NCBI RefSeq assembly: GCF_000143415.4
Contig: NW_003314291.1
Span: 1 to 64,000, forward strand
DNA from: Selaginella moellendorffii
Lineage: Eukaryota; Plantae; Lycopodiophyta
Length of the DNA: 64,000 bases
Direction: 5' to 3'
Position 1 is the stretch's first letter, and every line of letters starts with the position of its first letter. Positions 1 through 13,267 of the stretch are shown piece by piece. A program made the position numbers and the translations under genes. The notes below the pieces were generated by a model. The model saw only the letters and a list, made by a program, of their open reading frames with translations. It was not told the origin of the DNA and did not search any database.

Positions 1-1
1 A

Positions 2-2828
2 GTGTTTCTAAACAACCGCGAGGGGGAGGTGGTAGCTGAGGGCTTAGCCATAGTTGTCGATCCAAAAGATGCGGTTGCTAATCAAGAATTGGGCTGGGAT
101 GATATTGGAGTTGCGATTTTAGAGGTTGTTGACACAGAAGAAAACAGTCTGACTATTGGAAGCATTGTGCGGTGGAAATTGAGGCACTTAGTGTTTGAGA
201 ATGTGAAGGATTCACAATCAAACACCACTACAACTGATGACAGAACATCTCTTCATGGGAAAAGAAAGTACACCTTCCTAAAGTGCAGCCAAAGGGATCT
301 GAGCAACGAACCGAAAAGGCAGAAAATGGCGATGGAGGTTCGAATGGTCTCGACAGTTGCTTGTTGCAAGAGGAGGTGCTGTCAACATGCTGATTGGGAT
401 GCTATTGAAGAGGAGAGAGCAAGATACAAGACATTGTCCTGGAAGGCAGCTCGCAATTTTGTGTATGAGGCATTATGGTCATCTGTTGATGCTTCAGAAC
501 ATCAGGTGGGGGGCATGGTCTTCCAGAGGGGTTTGGTCTGCATGAAGGCATGGAGAATCATTTATGGAGTCCCTCGAACCACATTCTACAGAATCAAAAC
601 TGAGTTCGAGGAACAAAGGGTTCAACAGGCAGTCCATGGGAACGACGGTACGCACAAAACCAGGGGTCATGTTGTATATGGAGAGGCAATCTTCAAGAGG
701 TTTGTCGAGACATGTAGCGAGCAGCAACCACATAAAACCCGCCTCTTGGAAGATGGAACACGAGACACCCAACGAGTTCTCCCTTCCATGTATACCAAGG
801 GGGCCATATTGGAATATGTGAATCGGGAACTCCAGAGTAATGGCTACAGGAAGCTGAGCCAATCTAGATTTAGTAGATTGTGGAGCAACAGGTTCAGGGA
901 TGTGAGTATAGGAAAGTACTCCAGCTTTTCAAAGTGTGACGAGTGCACTGCTATCAAAATGGCTTTGTCGAAGAATTCTTGCAGCGCTCAAGAGCGAGAG
1001 ACGTTGGTTAGAAGGCGGCTCGACCACAACATCGAGCAGAGAAGCTGCAGGACTGCATATTATCATAACAGGATTCTCTCCATGGAGAGACCTGACTCTT
1101 ACCTCTGCATCATCCACGACAAAATGGACCAGAAAAAGACGTGCTTACCTCGACTCAATCCTGCCCCCAAGGCAATCTCTTCATCCATGCAGCTGCCTGT
1201 GTCTCTGTTTGGCATAATCGCTCATGGGCATGGTGCCCAGAACTATGGGAACTTCTTTGTACCTCTATGGGGTGGCGGGGGTGCAAACATGATGATTGCG
1301 TCCCTAGCAAAACACTTAAGGTCTCTGCAAAGTGCGCAGACTGAGCTGAACGGCCAACCCTTGCATAAGGCCCTTGTCGATCGAACCCCATACAGGGTTC
1401 AGCTGGAGGAGGAGCAAAGGCTTGCAGTATCGCGTGGGGCCCCATGCCATCCCAGTGAATATGTTGGCCGTCAGATTGTAGGGTTATCACGTGAGGCCTC
1501 ATGCCATTCCGACGAGGCTGGTCGCCCGGTGAATGCACAGCCTCATCCAAACGAAGCAGAATCTCAAGGAAGTTCTTGCGGCCGATGTGGCCTTCCACCC
1601 CATCTTCTGCTCCAAACAGACAATGCTGGCAGTGAGAACAAAAACATGTACGTCTTCGCGTACTTGGCGATGCTTGTTGCCAAAGGCATATTTGAAACGG
1701 TTACACTTGGCTTTCTCATGGTTGGGCACACTCATGAAGACGTCGATGCCATGTTCAGTCACCTGGCAGAGTCCCTCCGGCGATCCAATGTCCTCACCCT
1801 CCCACAACTCTACGATGAATTCCAAAATTGCATCAAAAGCACTGTTGAAGCTGCACTTCTGACAGAGGTTCCAGACTTTAAGGGGTTTGTACGAGGCTAC
1901 ATCAGGGATGGATCCGAAACGCTGATTGGCCACTCCAAGCCTCTTCAGTTTCATTTCAGCATGTGTGACGGTGCTCCAGTGATGAGGTACAAGATGAGAG
2001 AATGGGACACAGTGTGGCTGCCAGTGGACGGCATTGAACTCTTCAAGAGAGATCCCATAACTGGGGAACCTATGATTCCTCAGGGTTCCCCACAGCCGAT
2101 GCACCCGGATGGACTCAAAGACCAGGAAAGTATAGTGGCCGGGATTAAACAGCATATTGCCTTCTGGAAGAGGGGGTTGGTGTTTGGTGGAGAATCCTAT
2201 TTTCAGAGGTGCAAGCCTTTGCTCGAATACTGGGAGAAGATTATATCTGCTATCCAAAATGGGCCGGTTGTATATGAAGAATTGGAAGAGTCCTTTTGGC
2301 CAGAACCCAGAGCACCAGATAGTAGCGGAACAATGTCCTCTGGAAATGCAGTGACAGATAACGATGTTGAGGATCACTATTGTGGGCCGAGGAACAAGAA
2401 GCCGGATTCAGCATTCAATCCAGTACAGGTCTGCAAAGGAATGGTCGTGCTTGTCAGACCCAGTAATAAAAAACAAATGATATGGGTGCGGCGCTGCATC
2501 ACTGATGCAGAGGAGGACGCGGAAACTAACTCCTTCAATGTAACTGTGGAGTGGTTCAAGCCAAGTTCCGGATATACGAACGATTGCCTAGAAAAGAGAT
2601 GGGTGCTGAATCCAAGGGATCCCAGCATGAGCATATCGGTGGATAATGTTGTGCATGGTTGGATGCGGAAGCAGAGTGCCACCATCACCTTGCCAGACCA
2701 TGCAAGAGATGCAGCAAGAGCATTCATAACCCGGGTTCAAGGTGAGATTCATTAATATTCCTTTACTAAGTTTCTAATGTATTTTATTTCAAGGTGAACA
2801 ATCCGAATCTGAATCAGAGGAGGCGTGA
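2..2828 (+). CDS. DDE/D transposase (Sola-like), open 917-aa frame, 5' end truncated by the window
   Basis: Cys clusters CCKRRCC and FSKCDEC; catalytic-like motifs IHDKMDQ, LQTDNAGSENKN, FLMVGHTHEDVDAMFS. A probable terminal intron 2742-2793 (GTGAGA...TTTCAAG) adds GEQSESESEEA* ending at 2828. The N-terminus MASASATH... is visible in copy 2. Confidence 0.8.
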
Positions 2829-3466
2829 TGGCATGTGGCCTTACGCCATTCCTAGGTGAGATGATACAAATAACAAGTATAAATTCTTAGTTGTTCTAGC
2901 AAATCTTACTTAAAGTTTAAGGTGAACAAGCCGAATATGAATTCATCGGATTGTTATAACAAATTGCGAGGTGATGGCATGAGGCGATACGCCATTTGAG
3001 AGTGGTAACCATTCCTATATGAGGTGAGTGAAGTATTTATTAGAAATACCTCATTCAATTGTGCACTTCTAAGTCTTGGTCCACTTAGTACTGTTTGCAT
3101 GTTTTTATTTTAATTCTTTCTCTAAAATGTTATTTAGCATGTGGCTTCATGCCATTGCTCTCCACAATCATGCATTGAATTTCTATCCTTGCATAATACT
3201 TCTCCATATATATAGCATGTGCGCACATGTGATATGGTTCATTAGGCCTGATATAGTGTGTGAGGTAAAACAAAGATGATGTGACATATGCATTTACCAA
3301 TCACACGTGCATAAATCTAATAATATGGCGTGTGGCCCATATTAATGGCACATAAACCCATATTGTGGGCTTATGTGCTTTATGTACCATCATTCCCTTG
3401 CAGCGTGTGTGTTGGTTTCCTTTTATAACACAACGAACTCCATATTTTAGGGTGAAGAGCGTTCTC

Positions 3467-3724
3467 ATGGCAAGCACAAAATCTGTAAGTGAGGCAGAAA
3501 AGGAGACGGAGAAGGAGATAGGTGAAGATGTAGAATATATAAGTCTTCCAAACTCCCCGTACTATACTCCAGGTGATCATTTTTCTGAACAAATGGCAAC
3601 ATTAACAACTATCGAGAACGCCCCAGTAACGTCAGAGACAACAATCCAAAGCAAAACAACTGACCCGGAGAAGGATGATAGTACCGCTGAGAGTACCAAA
3701 AAGGAGGTGTCCACTAGCGCTTAG
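3467..3724 (+). CDS. Putative short acidic/Ser-Thr-rich ORF or exon inside the transposon (possible third gene)
   Basis: Preceded by an acceptor-like TTTTAG (3450); MASTKSVSEAEKETEKE... has coding-like composition. Deleted in copy 2. Confidence 0.3.
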   Translation: MASTKSVSEAEKETEKEIGEDVEYISLPNSPYYTPGDHFSEQMATLTTIENAPVTSETTIQSKTTDPEKDDSTAESTKKEVSTSA

Positions 3725-4019
3725 GCTTATAATGGCGTGTGCCCTCATGCCATTTACTTGATCACCAAATACCTTTTTCCCTTTGCACTAGTATATCTTA
3801 ATACCGGTCTGAGAAATAGAATGGCATGTGCCCTCAGGCCTTTTACTAAATCACCTTTGAATAAAATACAAGCCTCTACGTTGTAAAAAAAAGGTACTAG
3901 AGAAATTCCTTAATAATATGAATGTTATTTAGTTTCATGAAAATACACTAAGGGTCAAATGAGTTAAATGACTTCTCCAGAACTAGCAATGCCTCTTGCT
4001 ACACCTTCACAATTAGATT

Positions 4020-4248
4020 NNNNNNNNNNNNNNNNNNNNNNNNNNNNNNNNNNNNNNNNNNNNNNNNNNNNNNNNNNNNNNNNNNNNNNNNNNNNNNNNN
4101 NNNNNNNNNNNNNNNNNNNNNNNNNNNNNNNNNNNNNNNNNNNNNNNNNNNNNNNNNNNNNNNNNNNNNNNNNNNNNNNNNNNNNNNNNNNNNNNNNNNN
4201 NNNNNNNNNNNNNNNNNNNNNNNNNNNNNNNNNNNNNNNNNNNNNNNN
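4020..4248. other. Assembly gap (N run)
   Basis: Run of N; its flanks match ~22246 and ~22460 in copy 2. Confidence 1.
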
Positions 4249-4400
4249 CTGGACATAAGGTCACCGCGCTAGTCACCATGCCCCAGATAGGTCTAGCCCC
4301 TGGACAAAAGACATATAATTTCACGTCATTTTCAAATACTTGAAAATTTGTACCTAGTCCCATTTTACTGAATAAATCCCACTTTAACGAAATAGAGCAT

Positions 4401-7400
4401 TAAGGAGCATAATCCCTCCAACATAGAGACTCATTCGGCCACTTGGGGTGGTTTGCTCCCATTTATTGGTTTAGTTCTCACTGAACTTGTTAGAGACACC
4501 TTCTCTAACTCAATCCCACTACTCATTCTCGAGTGGCCTCACTTTCCATCGATATAACCCTTGCACTTTGGAATTTATAATTTTGACTTCTCGAAGTCAA
4601 TTTTCTAGGTGTCTCCGACACCTTGCATCGCACATATTGTGCAACTCCACTTCCCCATCCTAGGAAGTTCTCTACTTGAGGGCAACATCATCCTCTTTTC
4701 GATTTTGTACCACCTTTGGCACTAAGTTCCAATTATCATCATCTGTGCCAAGGCTGTCCACGGCCCTATCTTTTGGCTACTTTGCCACTCCCTCACTTGG
4801 AGTTTTTACTTTGCCAAATTGGAGCACTTAGGAATTCATCCTTGGAAGTCTACTTCCTTTCCCACAAGCCGTTAGCATCAAACACATTAGTGTTCCTTGG
4901 CTAACTTTGCCATTTGGATTCCTTTCATTAAATTGTATAGCCCAAACTTGGCCATTAGTCCTTTGCTCCTATCCTTGATTGTTGCACCCAGCAACATAGG
5001 ATCACTACCTCCATTCTCGAGGTATCCTTTTAGTTCCATAGCAAAGATTCTCCTTTGCCAAGTCTGGAGGGTGTTCACCCCTAGTACGTCTCTTTAGCAT
5101 CTTTTGCTATGGGCTCTATCCACGGCCCAACTTTGTGACCCTCCCATGGGTCTCTTATAGAGACTACTTTTTTCGGACTCACTATGTCACCGCATTGACA
5201 TATCTCATTTCTCTAAGGTGTTCTTCTCACTTGGTCACCTTGACCAAGCCATACCATCATCAATAGTTCCAATCAACATTTTGAATTTGGAACTTTATCC
5301 CTTAATCTCACAAGGACCTTGTCTTTGCTTTGGCCACAAAATCACCTAGTGATCTAACCTTGGCACCTTAACAGGTTTGCCAATAGGCACTAGGTTTTCT
5401 AGACCTTTAAGTTGTTGACCATGACCCCAGGGGCATCCCCCACACTTGGCGGTGCACCCAAGCCAGCCCCTCCGGCCAAGGGTCCATAGCAACTAAGACT
5501 GGGTGTCCCTATCTCATTCACCCTGCCCTTGGTGCCACTTGCACCAAAGCGTTCAAGTTAGATATGCCGAGCTTTCACACTAAGCAATCTAACTGTGCAT
5601 CATGATTCCGAGGCATCCCTCGCTTGGCGGTGTGCCCAAACCAGTCTCCCCACTAAGAGTCCATAACCATCGAAATATGAGTGTCCTCATTCCAAACCAT
5701 CACCACGCCCTAGTGAGTTGGGACTCGAACCCAAGCACTAGAGGGTTGGGACTCGAACCCAACCTCCGTATATGCATCTACGGACGGCGTCACACCGGAT
5801 GCTTGGCGTGACTCCCCACGCTGGTGCACCAACTTATATTTAAAGCGCGCTACAGATCACAGCTTAGGAACCTAGTTCCTCCACACTGCCAAGTCCTCTC
5901 ACTTGACATGTCTGTGATCATACATAGACTCCTCCATGCTTAGCCCCATGGGCCACCCTTTTTGAAGTTAGCACCTTCAACTAGGGTATTTGTTCCCCCC
6001 GACTTGCCAATCTCACTTAGAAAGTCAGTCGGCCACTGTAACATGGTTCGTGCATAAGCGTGAAAGTCCTCAATCATTGACTTTCATTCAAAGCCCTCTC
6101 TTTGAACACTCGGGAACTACTTCCCCAACCTTGATAGCCTCGCCTCATGGCAAGCTTCAAGACCATGCTTCTGCTGTGCCACTTTGATTTCGCGTGTTCT
6201 ATGAACCATTTACACTTGGCTTTCTAGGTATCTAGCTACCTAGAACTGTCTTTGGGAACCTTTTGAAGGAACTCTGTCCCTTTAGCTTGCTAAGGCCTCT
6301 CCTTTCGCAAGCTTTCCAATTGCCATATAGTCTAACATGGATAATTCCACATTTTAGACTTTTCATGGCATCGCGGTTGCTAGTAACAACATCCTCGAGC
6401 ACCCTTTTGATTCTCCACTCCCTACTTGCATAACCACCATTGGTTATGCCTTTCGATTTCTATGGTTCAATTCCATCCCAATACTACTTGCCCTTTGGCC
6501 TCATATGTTTCGTTTGGTTATTCTCCTCCAGACTAGGAGGCTAGCTTTGCACATTCTACCATGCCTTAGCAAGTATTCATAGGGATGAACGTACCCTATA
6601 GCTTAGGAAGTGGTTCCTCAATTTGGGCATGCTCACCTTATAATCCCACACACCGGGATTACCGTTGCTACTTATGGGCCTCCATATGCCCATCACTAGC
6701 CTTGCCAAAATCCCATTTTTGGCTTTGTCACGGATTCCTCCTGTCTCCACAACTTTGGACGTTTGGATAGCACCTCTTATCCATCATTTGCTAGGGACTT
6801 TATCCCTTGGGCTTTATCTATTGCCCTTGCGACACTAAACACCACCTCTTGGTGTTCTAGAGTGTTTAGGTGCCCCAATGATGGCCTCCGTGACAATGAA
6901 CATTTCCTTTTATGATATTGATTTATTATATCGCAATATAAACAATTTTTCCCTCATAAGGGTATATCTAACTTTCTTATCCCAATAAAAGGTCTTAGGT
7001 AGTTACCTTCTACTAATTTAACCAATTATTTTGCACCTTCTGCTTAGTTGCCTCATAGTCGTCAAGTCCTAAAACTCATTGTTAGTGCTTCCACACCTCC
7101 ATCATTATTTGGGTCACCACACTTTAACCGCATGCCTTCCAGCTTAGGCTATGCCATTCCTATTTCCATTGGGATTCCTTTGGAAGGGGTTCTCATAAAC
7201 CCGCTAACTTGACCTCAAGGCAGCATGCCTTGGCACATTCGGTGTCTCCACACCATCGGCTCCACGAGCCTACCTTTATAACACTTCTTACTTGTGTATA
7301 AGTATTTTTGCCGAGACTAATATGGTTGCCTCTTATGCCAATTATCCATTAGCACTGCACCATAGAGTCCACGCACAACTTTGTGTCAAAGTTGTTTTCT

Positions 7401-9110
7401 TCCGGGAAACCCTTTCCCACGACTTTAGCATAGCACCTTCTGCCATCAATGAGATATCTACTGTTCTCATACTTGGATCTTAAGATCCTCGCCATCCTTC
7501 ATGGGGCACCACACACCTCAGTCTAAATGCTTTTACCAATCCTTTAGGATCCTCCCTTGACTTTACTTGAGTCATCTAGCATTTTCGGACTTTGCCAATC
7601 CAATGACCCATAAGGTCCTATTTTTGAGGTGCCGCGCATTGGAATACAACTTCGTGTATTCATGTTCTACTCCTAAGGACCATCTTTGCAAGTGTCACTC
7701 TAACACTTTATTATTTTCCGTTCTCTGTGGGCTACCTTTGCCCCTTAGGACTACCTATCCATATGATGAGAATACTGACTCATCCTTTGAGCACACCCCC
7801 AACTCCTTGGGTTTGTTCCAGCATTTATAAAGGTAACATTGGCTACCACTTCAAGGACTCATGTCCTCACCCATACTTGACCTCTCACGGTCATCCATTC
7901 TGGTCTCACCTTCATGAGCACCAGCCTCAACTATGTGAAGATAATCTTGTGACTCCTTTATTGTTTTTGGAGTCTCTATCTTCCCTGTGATCCCAAATAT
8001 AGTTGTTTACCACAACTACCTTAGCCAATTTGCTGAGCCAAATGCTCATTCGGATCACATCCTTAACTCAATGAGGAAAACCTTGCACTGTTCCCAAGAT
8101 CCCAAAGTCGTTCCATTATTGGCCCTTTTCTATCCACCACCTCGTCTACAAGTTCACACATAAACTGTAATGGAGAGCCATGTCTTCCTGACTTGCTACT
8201 CCTCAAGGATAGGCCCACTCCTTGGACCTTTCGATGCCAACACTAGTGGTGATATACTTGAGCATCAATAAAAGTCAGACTAAGGAACAACTTCGATACC
8301 AAGTTGTAAGCGATTAATTTTTCCATTTTACTTTAGTCACTTAACCCCACCTCCGACCACTTGGAGGAGTCTCATTCACAACCTCCATAAGTCCCATTCA
8401 GGACTTGGGGCTTGGTAGCCCCGAGAATGGCATCCATGCCACTCAACCTTAGCACTTGGTCCAAGTGCTCCACGTGTTCGATCCCATGACCGACACCCCA
8501 AGGTACCACCGACATATCGGCCCGTTACGCTAAGGCCATGTTCATTCACCTTGGTCACACTAGTGGTGCAACACCACCTACATTCCAAACCCATCTCTCA
8601 AAGACTGGGTCATCTATCCATGAGTGATCATCCTAGATCCACTCCTTAACATCCTTAGGATGCCTATAGACATGGGGAATAGCCTTCCCCAATATCTCCG
8701 TTTTGGTCCCCACCAAGTCCCTTTCTGTCTTTAGCCGTGTTCGCCAACACTGCCACTGGATCAATGCCCACCGGCCCGACCACTAAGTCCCTCTATCCTC
8801 TAGGACTGCTTCACCGTGTGACTGTGACTCTTTGGTCACCACACCAGAGGGCTACTCCTCTTCCTTTCCACAGTCTGGGACTTTGGGACACCATTTCGGA
8901 ACACTGTGGCCCTACGTAGGCCTCATGGGTACTCTCCCCGCCTTCCACCTTTGGGTGCTCTAGCCATGGGCTTAGAGCGAGGTTCCTGTTGAGCCACGCT
9001 AGGTATCCAAGTAGGTAGTGCCACCCACACTTGGACTGGGAGCATCGGCCATTCGATCTCCCGAGGGAACTAGAGCTGGCTCTTGAACACTTCACCAAGC
9101 TACCCTGCTT
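4401..9110 (-). mobile_element. Non-autonomous LTR retroelement (LARD-like), partial: internal region plus truncated LTR 8305-~9110
   Basis: Colinear with 15255-16035/22613-26530 and 27790-32490. A Met-type PBS (rc TGGTATCGAAG) at ~8291-8301 abuts the LTR terminus TGTAAG at 8305. No intact ORF. Confidence 0.85.
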
Positions 9111-12100
9111 AGATAAACCATGTATCATAAGATGGGAAAATAGACTAACACCAAGTCATCCATTGCTACAACACCCGATACGGTCCTTTCCACTGCGCAA
9201 GGAGCCCCTTAGATAAACCACGTATTGTAAGATGGGGAAAACAAACTAACACCAAATCATCCACTTTGTACTCCACAGGTGAACGATAATGAGAGTTGTA
9301 GCACTATTGTTGTCTCATTTATACACAGCTCAAACGTCCAACAAACTCTACTTAAACAAGTGGAAGAACACTCGTTAAATACTGATCCCATGACTTAGCA
9401 TTGGTAGCTTGTGGCAATTGCGAAGGTAAACCCAACTTCATTGGCAATATTGGATTATGACTATATAAAAGTTTATATGGTGAAGCACTAATAGAACTCT
9501 GCACCTCTATAATATACACATACCAAAGAGACAGTAAATAACCATCCCAATCCGAATGCTGAAAGTTCACATATTTCACGATAATCTCTTTAAAGGTCTA
9601 AATGAGTTGTTCCACTAAACTATCTAACTGTGGATGATAAGCACTCATGAAAGTTTGGCATATCCCCAACTGAGATGTCAAAACGTGAAATGCCTTAGCT
9701 ATAAATGTAGGACTATTATCCGAAAGAATTTGTTGTGGACAAGAATGCTAGAACACCATTCGATTGAGGAAGAAGTATCCAATAGTAGTTGCAGATGCAC
9801 TAGCAAGAGCACTGACTTCCATCCAACAAATCAAATAGTTAGGAGCAATAATGATATACTTATTATCAACAATCGATCATGGAATAAGTTTTATCAAATC
9901 AAATTACCACCAACTCAAATGGATGGGAAACTACCATTGACTTTAATTGTCCTTCCATAGTACAAGGGGGAGTATTATAAGCTTAGCACTAAATGTAGTT
10001 ACATACCAAATAATATCATGTTGCATTTTCAGTTAATAGAAAGAATTGCATAGCTTTTTGGTCACACAACAATGTCATATATGCCCAACTAGAATAGGAG
10101 AATTATGGTAGGCATGAAGAAAGCGTGGAATAAAGATCGAAGGTCCATAAATGATCATCAAGATCTGTCCCCACAAAATAAAAAAGACCGTCCTCAAAGC
10201 GATATTAAAAATGTAAATGCTGAAATGATAAGTCATTAGCAAGTGATGTAAGATTCTCAAACCCATCGCGAAGCCTTCGAATCCAAGACTTAACCTTTTA
10301 AGCTTTGCGAACATTGTCAAGAGAAGGTAAATCTTGTTTTACATCTTATGGACACTGAACATCAAGTATAGCAATCATCAATGACATGAAATCCTCATCC
10401 AAAAAAGCTATAGATGCTAGAACAACAAACTCATCAAAAATATGAGAAAAGAGTGAAGAAAGAAGAGAAGCTCGAGAAAGGGCATTAGCATCAGGCATAA
10501 AACTCCCAGGGTGATGAATAACATCAAAATCATACATCTGAAACTTCAAAGCCTACTATAACCAAGTTCTTCTGCTTCAATAATAAAGTAATTGCAGCAT
10601 GATCACCTTCTAGTAACGTTGGAAAACCATGTAGATATACATGAAATTTTTCAAAACCCCAAACTACTGGTAAACACTCCTTCTCTATCGGAATAGTTCA
10701 CCTCCACAAGTTGTAATATATAGTATGCAATAGGATGGCTCTGACTAAGCACACTCGGGCTCTTTTACATCAACATACGTCTAAGATTGATATCAAAAGT
10801 ATTTACGTGCAAAATGAAAGGTTGAGTGTAGCTAGGATATGCTAAAACCAAATGAATCATTAATAGCTCTTTAAGATTCATAAACCCCTGCTTATAATCC
10901 ATAGACCAAATTGAAAGATGACATTGATGACTTCAGCAACACTCGCAATAGTGTAATGTGATCAAAAAGATGATTAACAAAATGATTGAAATACTGCACT
11001 TTGCCCAAAAAGTGTTGCACATCATTCATACACTTCAGAGTAAGGAACTTTAGAATAGCCACAAATTTGTCAGGATTAAATTGCAAACCCTCACAAAAAA
11101 TACAATACTCAAGATAAATTGTCCTTGGACCCAAACACACACTTACCGCTTCAGCTTTAAACCAATTTCCTATAGTTAATCCAACACCTTATGAACATCA
11201 TGGATGTGTTCCTTTTATATCCCTTCCGAGTAGATCAAGATATCATTGATGAAATCAAAAGTCACCTTTGGCATATCACAAAGAACCTCATTTATCATTT
11301 ATTGGAAAGTTGTTGGAGCATTGTTCAAACTAAATGGCATTACCAAGAACCGGTTTAGGGTTTAGGGTTTAAGGTTTACAAACCAAATGGTGTATGAAAA
11401 ATAATCTTAGGAATATGTTTTTTGGCCATTGGTACTTGCCAGTACCTAGAAGAAAAATTTAACTTAGTGAATCAATAACTTCTCTCCAAACAATCCAAGA
11501 AATTAACAATATGAGGAAGAGGTACACATTCGGGATTGTCACTTCATTTAACTCATAATAGTCAATGCAAAAACAAATATTCCCATCAAGCTTTATCACA
11601 AGATGAGGTTCACACACCCAAGGACTCTACAACTTTTGAATAACACCATTTTCCAAATTTTTTTTGACATTTGAATGTAAAATCTTGATCTCTTTAAATG
11701 ACCGACAATGAACTGGAACCTTGATTGAACGAGCATCCCCGGTTGGAATAGGATGATGTGTGGCAATTTTAGTCCTAGACAACAGGTTAAATTCAAAGAG
11801 ATTGGTATACTCTTTCATGAGCCGATCAACTGCTACAATACAAAGACCATCAGAAGGATCAGAAAAAGGAAGAGAAAAATAAGATGGAAGCATAGGAGGA
11901 AGTAATAGGGAGACAAAAGTGATGGAAGTAGACGAAAAAGTAGAGGGAAGAAAAGGTATATAAATGAAAGGAATGGAAGAAATATAAAGAAATATGAGAC
12001 AAAGGGGAAAAGTCTCAAAGTTAAACTTGGCATAATTGCACCATAACCAATCCATACAAAAAATGAAGTCAAAAGTTTAACTTAGCACCACCCACAATGA

Positions 12101-13200
12101 CTACAACTCAAGCTCGAGATCACCCATACCCATGACTAGGTCCACTTCATCTCGTGCACATGCATGGGTACAGCCATTGTTATAAAGAATGAAAACTAGC
12201 TCTACTACACGACCCAAATATAAATGGCAACATGTAGCAATAGGTTGAGTAATAAAAGATAAACTCAAACTTGTCTCAACTAACATGAAAAGAGTAATAG
12301 GAAACTCCTTGTTATAAAAACAAAATTGGAAAGTAAACATTGGATGAACTAGTGTCGAGTGAACCCCTTAATGATACTCCTAAAAGAAACATGGAGGGGT
12401 CACTGATTTATTCACACAAGGTCTCTTTATTATTCATGCGACTCCTCGTTTCCCGGATGCGACTCCTCGTTTCTCGGATGTATCTCGGTGTCCAGACCTT
12501 CCATTGCAATAGCACCAACAGGATGTTATTGACGCTAAGGTTTTCCATCCAGGAAATGGAGGTTGCTAATCTGGAAAATTTTGACAATGCCGATAAGTGT
12601 GACCAACTTTATCACACACCCAGTAGTAAACATCATGGCTATGACCACATCCTCATTCTTATCCTTGATCTCGGGCAATAGTAACATCAAACTCCATTGG
12701 AATATGACCATTTCCCATAAGAAATGGAGCTAAAGGACATGCAGTGAGAAGTGGAAGAGGCAACGTCTTATAATGTTGTGCCAAACAAAAGGCATTGTCA
12801 AGGGTGGATAGAGCAAGTGCATGCACAAATCTTACTAGATCTTAATGAAGTGCTAGCCATAACATTCTCAACTTGATCCACTCTAACATATTTTGCTTTA
12901 TACGAAGCAAAAGGCTTAAAAAACAAACACCAAATTGCATCACCGACTCAGAGGGCCCTTGACGAAGATGATGCAATTGTTGGAAGGCATCATCACAATT
13001 GTCAATATGTCTAAATGTGAATTTGAAGATGTTTGGGAGAATACTCCAATTTGCATGAGTGGCTGCGCTTAAACCATTGTACCATTATAGCACTGTTCCT
13101 TGGAGACATGGGAAACTCACACAAATATTGAGCATCATACCAAGAATGATATGAGACAATCACCATATAGTGATCGAACCAATGGTACACATCATCTCTA
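9110..13200 (-). pseudogene. Degenerate Ty3/gypsy gag-pol relic (RT/RNase H/integrase fragments)
   Basis: Fragmentary minus-strand motifs: MPFSLNNAPTTFQ and FINDILIYS (~11230-11340), VQHFLG, YDFDVIHHPG...ANALSR, SPYKLLY; many stops. Confidence 0.8.
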
Positions 13201-13267
13201 GGATTCCTACGAAAGAACTCCAGCCGGACGCAGGGATTAATAATAAGAGTAGGAGGAGTTGTACTAT

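Larger units (their letters stand above)
1..4400 (+). mobile_element. Sola-like DNA transposon, copy 1 (left part outside window)
   Basis: Near-identical to 20213-22612. Ends in the right TIR TCCCACTTTAACGAAATAGAGC(AT) at ~4377-4400, followed by internal sequence of the non-autonomous LTR family. Contains an N gap at 4020-4248. Confidence 0.85.

Noticed and set aside
357-2727. Antisense and alternate-frame ORFs over the transposase, UGT and ARM genes
   Set aside because: Shadows of the real CDS with no independent motifs.
3968-4363. ORFs spanning X residues
   Set aside because: They are created by the N gap.
5716-5767. tRNA gene or SINE
   Set aside because: Only T-arm hairpins; no D-arm, anticodon arm or acceptor stem can be built.
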